From positions 1-37,453 of the forward strand of contig JAVRCV020000082.1 in the NCBI GenBank assembly GCA_034530615.2: 37,453 nt of DNA, written 5' to 3'. Below the pieces are notes generated by a model. It worked only from the letters and a program-made list of their open reading frames with translations, did not search any database and was not told the origin of the DNA. Made by a program: the position numbers and the translations under genes. Below, one piece after another: positions 30,605 to 37,453 of this stretch. How positions within the stretch are numbered: position 1 is the stretch's first letter; each line of letters opens with the position of its first letter. This DNA is from Aulosira sp. ZfuVER01. Lineage in GTDB: Bacteria; Cyanobacteriota; Cyanobacteriia; Cyanobacteriales; Nostocaceae.

Positions 30605-31300
30605 TCATCGCTGAAATCGCATGAACAGCGCACCAATTAATAATCCCGCCGCTTGTGCCCAGTAAGCAATGCTAAAATGATTAACGCCAACAGGGGGAAT
30701 ATTTAAACTACCTATACTGTAAAAAAACTGTTGGCTAAACCACCAAAATAAATAAACGAAAGCAGGTAATTCAACAGGAATATACACCAATATTAGGGGT
30801 AAAATACTGTCTATTTTAGCTTTAGGGAACTTAGTTATATATGCCCCTAAAATAGATGCGATCGCACCATTCGCTCCAATCAATGGTACTGTCAAATTCG
30901 GTTGGGCTAGTATTTGGACTAATTCTGTTACAACGCCAGCACTCAAATAAAATCCTAAATAGCGTTTATGACCGAGAATATTTTCTAAAGTCTTACCAAA
31001 CACCCATAAAAATAGTAAGTTTCCTAATATTTGGCTAAAGCTACCGTGGAGAAACATTCCAAAAGGCAAAGCAATCAACCGCCAGCATACAACTATCCAA
31101 GCTGCTGGGTTAAGAAAGGCATTAGTAATTGCTCCAGTAAACTGCGCTGGAATTACACCCCAACTGTAAACAAAAGCGGCTAATTTATCGCCTAGTTCTA
31201 ATTGAATTTCCCATAAAAATATTGCAATATTAATGCCAATCAGCCAGTAATTAATAATCGGTCGATGCCGAGTGCGGATATTATCACTAATAGGAATCAT
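30605..31300 (-). CDS. Rhomboid-family membrane protein, predicted catalytically inactive
   Basis: MIPISDN start, WR motif, MFLHG...GNLLFLWVFGKTLENILG. The catalytic GASG reads GANG (N144) and AH reads AQ (Q216). Confidence 0.88.
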   Translation of the reverse strand: MIPISDNIRTRHRPIINYWLIGINIAIFLWEIQLELGDKLAAFVYSWGVIPAQFTGAITNAFLNPAAWIVVCWRLIALPFGMFLHGSFSQILGNLLFLWVFGKTLENILGHKRYLGFYLSAGVVTELVQILAQPNLTVPLIGANGAIASILGAYITKFPKAKIDSILPLILVYIPVELPAFVYLFWWFSQQFFYSIGSLNIPPVGVNHFSIAYWAQAAGLLIGALFMRFQR

Positions 31301-31304
31301 TGGG

Positions 31305-31428
31305 ATTTGTCATTTGTCATCGATTATTTCTCCCTTCGGGTTCACCACTTTGCTTATGCCAGGGAACCCTTCCACCGCAAGTGGTTCACCGCGTCCCCGC
31401 GTCCTCGCGTCTCCTTGTCCTCGTTGTC
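31305..31428 (+). repeat. Composite repeat: heptamer STRR, structured SDR-like element, octamer tandem repeat
   Basis: ATTTGTC x2, then CCCTTCGGG hairpin and CCACTTTGC...AGGGAACCCT...GCAAGTGG stem bounded by direct repeat GGTTCACC (31339-31346, 31383-31390), then CCGCGTCC CCGCGTCC TCGCGTCT CCTTGTCC. Confidence 0.6.
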
Positions 31429-31495
31429 GCGCTGAATCCGGGTTGCTTGTGCCAAGATTGAAATCAGATATATCGCACTCAACTAGGCAAACCTG

Positions 31496-33625
31496 ATGCT
31501 GGGAAACACACTTGTTGGAAGATACCAAATTATTAGCCACTTGGGTGGTGGGGGATTTGGGGAAACCTTTGTCGCTTGTGATACTCAATTGCCGGGATCT
31601 CCTCAATGTGTTGTGAAAAAACTTAAGCCTCAGGCAAACGATCCAGTAACGTTAGAGACTGCTAGACGTTTATTTGATACAGAAGCTCAAGTTCTGTACA
31701 AATTAGGCACTCACGATTATATTCCCCAACTTTTAGCATATTTTGAAGAAAATGCAGAATTCTATCTGGTACAGGAATTTATCGAAGGACATAACCTGAG
31801 TCAAGAATTAATACCAGGGAAAACTTTTAGCCAAGATGAGGTAATTTCGCTATTGATGGAAATCTTGGCAATTTTAGAGTTTGTTCATCAACAGAAAGTA
31901 ATTCACCGCGATGTCAATCCGTGCAATGTTCTCAGACGGAAGCAAGATGGCAAGTTAGTATTAATTGACTTTGGTGCGGTTAAACAAATTACTACCCAAG
32001 TTATCACGCCACAGGGTCAAACTAAATCTACTGTTGCTATCGGTACGCCGGGATATCTCCCTGGGGAACAAGCACAAGGTAATCCCAAATTTAGCAGTGA
32101 TATTTATGCGGTGGGAATCATTGCGATTCAAGCTTTAACAGGATTACCACCTGAACAATTAGAAAAGGATGATGATACTAATGAAATTATCTGGCAAAAA
32201 TATACTCAAGTTTCGCCAGAATTCGCACAAGTATTAAACAAAATGGTATGTTATGACTTTCGGCAGCGCTACGCTTCGGCAACAGAAGCATTACAGGCAC
32301 TCAAGGAGTTAACAAAGCCAGCCCCGCAAACAATAGCATTAACTCCGATACTGCAATTTAAGAATTTAAAAAATCATAAATATAAAAAAGAGATAATTCG
32401 CAAAATTTTAGCAGCAGTATTTATCTTGGGCGTAAGTGGGGCTGCTTTGACATTTATTCTTGACGGTATCTATACGAATAACGCCACAGAATTATATAAA
32501 CAAGGCAATACCTTGTATGACTTACAACGCTATCAAGATGCACTTGCTGTCTATGATAAAGCAGTGAATATTAGACCGAATTATGCTCAAGGATGGTATG
32601 GCCGAGGCAACACTTTATCTGCATTAAAACAATATAAAGAAGCGTTAGCAGCATACGATAAAGCAATTCAAATTCAGCCAGATTACTTAGAAGCTTGGAC
32701 TAGTAGAGGCTTAGTTTTAGAAAATTCACAGCGCTACCAAGAAGCGATCGCCTCTTTTGATAAAGCTCTACAATTAGAAAGTAACTCTCCCGAAATCTGG
32801 AATGCTAAAGGTGAAGCTTTTAGTAATTTGCAGCAATATGAAAATGCGATCCAAGCTTACAATCAAGCAATAGAATTGCAAAATAATTATGATATTGCTT
32901 GGTATAATAAAGGTTTATCGCTGCAAAATTTAAAACGCTACGAAGATGCAATTACAGCCTACGATAAAGCCATAGAATTAAAGCCAGATCGTCAAAATTA
33001 CTGGTACAATCGTGGCAATTCTTTGGTAAATTTAAACCGCTATGAAGATGCATTTAGAGATTATGATAAAGCGGTACAATATAAATCAAATTATTATCAA
33101 GCTTGGTTATCTAGAGGTAATGTGTTGATTACTCTGCGACGTTATCCTGAAGCAGTTACATCTTTTGACCAAGTAATTAAATATAATGCTAATAACTACC
33201 AAGCATGGTATAGTCGAGGCTGGGCATTACATCAAAGTCAACGCTATCAAGAAGCAATTGAATCCTACAATAAAGCCATAGCTTTGAAGCGTAACGATTA
33301 TCAAGTTTGGTATAACTTAGGAAATTCTCAATACAATTTACAGAAATACGCAGATGCGATCGCATCCTATAATAGAGCAGTGCGTTACAAGCCAGACTAT
33401 TACGAAAGCTGGTACAGCAGAGGCAATGCTCTAGTGAATTTAAAACGCTATCAAGATGCGATCGCATCTTATGCTCAAGCAATAAAATATAAGCCTGACT
33501 ACCAACAAGCAATAGAAGCGAGCAAGCAAGCACAAAATCAACTACAACGTGAAAAACCACAGCCTGTAGTTGTACCCATAATGCGACTTCCTAATCCTTT
33601 TGCTCCTAATCAACAACCACGCTAA
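31496..33625 (+). CDS. Membrane Ser/Thr protein kinase with 10 C-terminal TPR repeats
   Basis: LGGGGFG, VVKKL, HRDVNP, IDFG, GTPGYLPGEQ. Transmembrane segment ILAAVFILGVSGAALTFIL, then ten 34-aa TPRs. Confidence 0.95.
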   Translation: MLGNTLVGRYQIISHLGGGGFGETFVACDTQLPGSPQCVVKKLKPQANDPVTLETARRLFDTEAQVLYKLGTHDYIPQLLAYFEENAEFYLVQEFIEGHNLSQELIPGKTFSQDEVISLLMEILAILEFVHQQKVIHRDVNPCNVLRRKQDGKLVLIDFGAVKQITTQVITPQGQTKSTVAIGTPGYLPGEQAQGNPKFSSDIYAVGIIAIQALTGLPPEQLEKDDDTNEIIWQKYTQVSPEFAQVLNKMVCYDFRQRYASATEALQALKELTKPAPQTIALTPILQFKNLKNHKYKKEIIRKILAAVFILGVSGAALTFILDGIYTNNATELYKQGNTLYDLQRYQDALAVYDKAVNIRPNYAQGWYGRGNTLSALKQYKEALAAYDKAIQIQPDYLEAWTSRGLVLENSQRYQEAIASFDKALQLESNSPEIWNAKGEAFSNLQQYENAIQAYNQAIELQNNYDIAWYNKGLSLQNLKRYEDAITAYDKAIELKPDRQNYWYNRGNSLVNLNRYEDAFRDYDKAVQYKSNYYQAWLSRGNVLITLRRYPEAVTSFDQVIKYNANNYQAWYSRGWALHQSQRYQEAIESYNKAIALKRNDYQVWYNLGNSQYNLQKYADAIASYNRAVRYKPDYYESWYSRGNALVNLKRYQDAIASYAQAIKYKPDYQQAIEASKQAQNQLQREKPQPVVVPIMRLPNPFAPNQQPR
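32483..33502 (+). repeat. Ten tandem TPR-coding units (102 nt each)
   Basis: 34-aa period W..RG..L..L.RY..AI..Y..AI...P.Y. The DNA word GATGCGATCGCATC recurs 102 nt apart in the last two units. Confidence 0.9.
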
Positions 33626-33715
33626 TCGCCTCTAATATTGAAGTGATTTCAGGATGCTGTCACCAATTGCTAACTGCATTTTGGTGAATTTTGCTTCTAT
33701 AACTTGAGGTAGTAA

Positions 33716-35503
33716 CTATTGAATACTCATGCCTTCAATATCAATGATAGGTCTGAGTTTTTCAATTTTCCTATTTGAGTAGTAACGGCTATCTGAATTT
33801 GGCTTTTTTACCGCAGAATTTTGTTTTGATAAAGCTACGCTATTAGTTTGCGATCGCAAGCGTTGCTTTTGAGTATACTCATTCAATTTGATTCGAGCTT
33901 GTGCGTAAACTGGAGTATTTTTTGGAACCTTTTGGAGAAATTTGACAGCGTCTTCAAATTCACCAGCAGAGGCTTTATTGTAAGCTTTTTGGAGAAAGAA
34001 TGTAGCTCTAACTTTTTGCTTTTGATCGTACTCAGCCAATTTTTTCTGTACTATAACTCCCGCCGAACTTTCTACAGGAACTTGACGCAGATATTCTATA
34101 GCAGTGGAAAACTCTCTGTTATTTGCACTTGCATAAGCTTTTGCTAATAAGTCTTGTGTCTGTGCTTCAACATGAGTGCGTGCTTGCTCAACTAGTTTAT
34201 CTGTTTTCGATTGCCAATATAAAATATCCGGCACTTTAGCAGCAACACTCAGTACATCTGACCATCTACCAGCATTAAAGGCTGTTTCCGCAAATTGGTA
34301 TTGTTCAGCAGCCACTTGCCATTGCTGTTGCCATTCGTCAATTGTGGCTTGAGCTTCTGGATAAATTTTACTGTCTGAAGGAATCGACTTTACCAGAGCG
34401 ATCGCTTCTTGTAAATCTCCAGCTTGATATTCTTCTGTTGCTTTATATAAAGTTTCTGTTTCTGAATAGGCTGGGGAATTAGTAAATAAAGAATACATTC
34501 CCAATCCTAGCAACATAGAATTAGCCGCTATACCTATTCTCATTCCTGTTAGTAGAGGAGCCGATTTTTTGGTTGCAGAACTTTGAGGTAAATGGCTAAC
34601 TGTTACAGATGGTTCTAGGTACAGGCCATGCTGTTCTTCTACAGGTGGTAAATGAGTTTCCCACAGCATTTCTTGAAGTATATGCAGTACTTCACTTGCA
34701 GATTGAAAACGGTCTTGAAAATCGTAGCGGATCATTTGGCTGAGAATCGCAGCTAAATAATCATTAACTGCTATTTGTGGAGAATGCCAAATAATCTCAT
34801 TCGTATAAGGATCTAATTTAAATTGTAGTGGTGACAATCCTGTTAATGCTTGGATAGCAATTATACCTAAAGAATAGATATCACTGTTGGGCTGTGTTTG
34901 ACCAATAAATTGCTCTGGCGGTATGTATCCCAATGAAGTCACAGGAACTGAATGGATAGGTAATTCTGAATCTGCACCAAAATCAAAGGGCTGGATTGAG
35001 CCAAAGTCAATTAGGACTAATCTGCCATCATAAGCACGTCTGATCAGATTTTCCGGCTTGATATCGCAATGGATAACGCCTTGAGCATGAACAAATTCCA
35101 GAATTCCTAAGACATCCTCGAGAAATGCGATAACTTGGCTCTCACTCCAAATATCCCCACACTGTTTATTAATTGGTAATTCTTCTGTCAGTGCGTGTCC
35201 TTCAATAAACTCTTGCACTAAGTAGAATCGCTCATTTTCTTCAAAGCAAGCAATGAGTTGGGGAATTTGAGCGTGGCGTCCTAGACGCTTGAGAGTTTCG
35301 GTTTCCGTGAGAAAACGCAGCCTTAAGTTATCTAAGTAACTAGGGTGAGAACTGCTAACCTTTAGTTGTTTAACAACGCATTTCGGGTTTTCTGGGTATT
35401 CTATGTCTACGGCAATGTATGTCTGTCCAAATACCCCTGCACCTAGGCTTTGGACGATTTGGTAACGCGCCTGTAGTACTTTACCGATCATGTGGTGGGT
35501 CAT
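33716..35503 (-). CDS. Non-RD Ser/Thr protein kinase with single TM and helical (TPR-like) C-terminal region
   Basis: LGAGVFG, VVKQL, IHCDIKPEN, IDFG, SLGYIPPEQ. Hydrophobic segment IGIAANSMLLGLGMYSLF. ATG 35503 or 35491 preferred over GTG 35584. Confidence 0.9.
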   Translation of the reverse strand: MTHHMIGKVLQARYQIVQSLGAGVFGQTYIAVDIEYPENPKCVVKQLKVSSSHPSYLDNLRLRFLTETETLKRLGRHAQIPQLIACFEENERFYLVQEFIEGHALTEELPINKQCGDIWSESQVIAFLEDVLGILEFVHAQGVIHCDIKPENLIRRAYDGRLVLIDFGSIQPFDFGADSELPIHSVPVTSLGYIPPEQFIGQTQPNSDIYSLGIIAIQALTGLSPLQFKLDPYTNEIIWHSPQIAVNDYLAAILSQMIRYDFQDRFQSASEVLHILQEMLWETHLPPVEEQHGLYLEPSVTVSHLPQSSATKKSAPLLTGMRIGIAANSMLLGLGMYSLFTNSPAYSETETLYKATEEYQAGDLQEAIALVKSIPSDSKIYPEAQATIDEWQQQWQVAAEQYQFAETAFNAGRWSDVLSVAAKVPDILYWQSKTDKLVEQARTHVEAQTQDLLAKAYASANNREFSTAIEYLRQVPVESSAGVIVQKKLAEYDQKQKVRATFFLQKAYNKASAGEFEDAVKFLQKVPKNTPVYAQARIKLNEYTQKQRLRSQTNSVALSKQNSAVKKPNSDSRYYSNRKIEKLRPIIDIEGMSIQ

Positions 35504-35534
35504 GAGCTGGTTACTGAGTAAGTCCTGATATAGG

Positions 35535-35563
35535 TTTTCTGACTTTTCCCCCCAATTTCCGGA
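35535..35563 (-). promoter_or_regulatory. Candidate DIF1 (heterocyst differentiation) promoter
   Basis: The minus strand reads TCCGGA (35563-35558), N18, GAAAA (35539-35535), ~30 nt upstream of ATG 35503. Confidence 0.6.
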
Positions 35564-35699
35564 ATGCCTGAGAATTAATTCCACAGGGGGATGACTCTAG
35601 GAATGACAAGCATAGTTGTGTAAGTAATTTTTACTAAAAAGCACGATATATTAAGATTTTTATACAAAATATAGTAGTAAGTCCTCATGTATGAAATAG

Positions 35700-35724
35700 T
35701 GCCAAGATTTTGATAATTTTGGCA
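35700..35724 (-). terminator. Hairpin downstream of the cysteine protease gene
   Basis: TGCCAAGATT-TTGAT-AATTTTGGCA, 9 of 10 Watson-Crick pairs, weak U-tract. Confidence 0.35.
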
Positions 35725-35817
35725 TCAAGCGGCACTGATAGGCTGTGCTGTTAACGGGTGTTTTTTAACAGTTGAAGAGTCTTACTTTTATAAAGCCGCA
35801 GACTCGCCCTATCTGCT

Positions 35818-37453
35818 TTAATCAGTTTGACCTTCCTTGATATCACCATCTCTGTCTCCTTTATCCGGGTTCCAAGCACTCGCCCCAGCACCAAAGCGTC
35901 CAGTAGCTAACCATTCTGCCTTCAGGAGCGACCACCAATCAGCTGTCAATCCTTCCATGATGTAATCGTATGGTAGCCAGCCGTAGCCACCTTGACCCCA
36001 ACGAGTTCCCCAAGAGTTACGAATTAACAAAGCTCCTTTCGATGTTTTACCATCTTCATTTTCGATAATCTTGCGATCGTGATAACCAACTGCAACTACA
36101 GTGTGACCACCAATAACTTTGCTTCGTTTGTTGGGTAAAGGAATATGTCCTTTAAGGACATTTACTTCGTCGTAGACAGAATTGTAGAGGGTGAATCCAA
36201 ATATACAGGGAATTTCTGATGCCAGTAGCACTTTCACTTGTGAGAGGAGGGTGTATCGCGAAATCTGCCCGTAATCTAAACGAAAATATTTGATTGTTTT
36301 GTAGTTCTCAGCAAAGGAATAGCAGAAAGGTGTTGGTTCTTGATCAAACCTATCTTCGTTGTAAGGCCAATGTTCCTCTGGACAAACTCCAAAAGCTACC
36401 ATCGCCTTGATTGTATCCCTTACAGAAGCTCCTGAATCTCCCTCTCGTTGCATTAAATTGCGGGTAACTCGGTAGAGGAAGAGGGGAGAAGCATCTGTAT
36501 AGGTGTCAGAACTTTTTTTCTCAGCATATTCCATCAAGGCAACTCCAGCATGGGCTGTGCAAGAGTTCAATAGTCCTTGATCTTCAACTGGAGAACACCA
36601 ATAGGTTAAATCTACAAATTCTGGTAAGGATAAAAATATACTTTTGTCATTGCATTCTTGGTTTTCTAAAGCTTTCGCTTTAATTTGCTTACGAAGTTGA
36701 CTACAAAGAGGAAACTGTAAACTATTTTTTTGTTGAGATGCAGTTTTACTCCTACTCAACAAAGTGTTACCTAAATTAGGTTGATTTCCGTTTATTTCTT
36801 TTGATGATGTCGGTTCAATATTGGTAATTTTAAACAGAGGTTTTTTAATGGGTTTTTGAGTCTGAGTTCCGGGAGATTTTTTTTCTATGCGTAGATTTTC
36901 ATACAGTCTTGTATCTTGCAATTCTCCTTTGTTCTCTTGAGTTAGATTTTCAATTGTGGGTTGCTCTGCTTCTGTAATAAATCTTTGTAGTGCTGTTAAA
37001 ATGAGGTCTTGTAAATTCAATTCCATCATCAGGCTATAGTTTCTAGCCATACCAAAATTATATTCTTCTATCGTTTCCCGAATCAGTCCTCTCATCTCTT
37101 GGTAGTTATCTTGTTTTCCTGTAATTAAATCTAAAATTTTTTCTATTCCTTGCTCCACCGCTTCGCTAAGGTTACTGTATTGTCCCAATGGCATCAGTAT
37201 CTGGGCCAAGACCTCAATAAGTGATTGCAATATTTCATCGGGAATTGGATTAGTTCTTAGAGAATCTATAAGTTGTTGGATTGATGTTTGATTTTCTGAA
37301 TGCAAAAGTTTGAGTTCTAATTTACTTGATATCTTGTTTGGGAATTTACTGTTGAACAATTTCACTAGCAAATCAGGAATTGGCGAAGATATAGCTATGG
37401 GAGCATCCCATTTTTTATTTAGTGAGCAAAGATTAATCCGTTGAGATAGGCAC
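35818..37453 (-). CDS. Papain-like (C1A) cysteine protease with long N-terminal helical region, probably 5'-partial
   Basis: LPEFVDL..WCSPVEDQGLLNSCTAHA, GGHTVVAVGY, IRNSWG..WG..GYGW. The frame has no stop from 37371 to the window edge (CLSQRINLCSLNKKWDAPIAISSPIPD), so the real start is probably outside the window. Confidence 0.88.
   Translation of the reverse strand, partial: CLSQRINLCSLNKKWDAPIAISSPIPDLLVKLFNSKFPNKISSKLELKLLHSENQTSIQQLIDSLRTNPIPDEILQSLIEVLAQILMPLGQYSNLSEAVEQGIEKILDLITGKQDNYQEMRGLIRETIEEYNFGMARNYSLMMELNLQDLILTALQRFITEAEQPTIENLTQENKGELQDTRLYENLRIEKKSPGTQTQKPIKKPLFKITNIEPTSSKEINGNQPNLGNTLLSRSKTASQQKNSLQFPLCSQLRKQIKAKALENQECNDKSIFLSLPEFVDLTYWCSPVEDQGLLNSCTAHAGVALMEYAEKKSSDTYTDASPLFLYRVTRNLMQREGDSGASVRDTIKAMVAFGVCPEEHWPYNEDRFDQEPTPFCYSFAENYKTIKYFRLDYGQISRYTLLSQVKVLLASEIPCIFGFTLYNSVYDEVNVLKGHIPLPNKRSKVIGGHTVVAVGYHDRKIIENEDGKTSKGALLIRNSWGTRWGQGGYGWLPYDYIMEGLTADWWSLLKAEWLATGRFGAGASAWNPDKGDRDGDIKEGQTD

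Larger units (their letters stand above)
290..34405. repeat. Dispersed HIP1 octamers (GCGATCGC)
   Basis: Many copies throughout, e.g. 290-297, 491-498, 12763-12770, 26444-26451, 30500-30507. Not counted exhaustively. Confidence 0.95.

Noticed and set aside
9133..34147. Remaining short overlapping ORFs (e.g. 14476-14805, 16119-16508, 28107-28520, 31310-31606, 33189-33560)
   Set aside because: They lie within or opposite well-supported CDSs, or are translations of repeats.
1..37453. CRISPR array, tRNA/rRNA, transposase, integrase or reverse transcriptase
   Set aside because: None seen. The only regular long-period repeat is the TPR-coding region.

Overview
This is chromosomal DNA from a cyanobacterium, probably a filamentous heterocyst-forming Nostocales strain (inferred from abundant HIP1 octamers GCGATCGC, STRR/SDR-type repeats, HstK-type kinases and candidate HetR and DIF1 motifs). 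The left part (1-21.7 kb) is a dense signal-transduction cluster. It holds an EAL + DXCF-cyanobacteriochrome GAF + GGDEF gene missed by the ORF track, whose GGDEF domain appears broken off at about nt 52. It also holds two ~1,900-aa Ser/Thr kinase-STAND-like ATPase-GAF-PAS-His kinase hybrids, a REC-PAS-PAS-GGDEF-EAL protein, and a two-gene unit coupling a soluble 4xGAF histidine kinase to a receiver domain fused to a catalytically intact caspase-like CHAT protease. That kinase/REC-CHAT pair is my best candidate for an undescribed system. The right part is mostly conserved-type genes: CIA30/NAD(P)-binding protein, HugZ-like protein, alpha/beta hydrolase, Uma2 nuclease, glyS and murD. These are followed by a rhomboid that has lost both catalytic residues, two convergent membrane Ser/Thr kinases (one with a candidate heterocyst DIF1 promoter) and a 5'-partial papain-like protease. 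A near-consensus HetR site and an unannotated 46-aa ORF lie between murD and the rhomboid. All calls come from reading motifs by eye; no searches were run.
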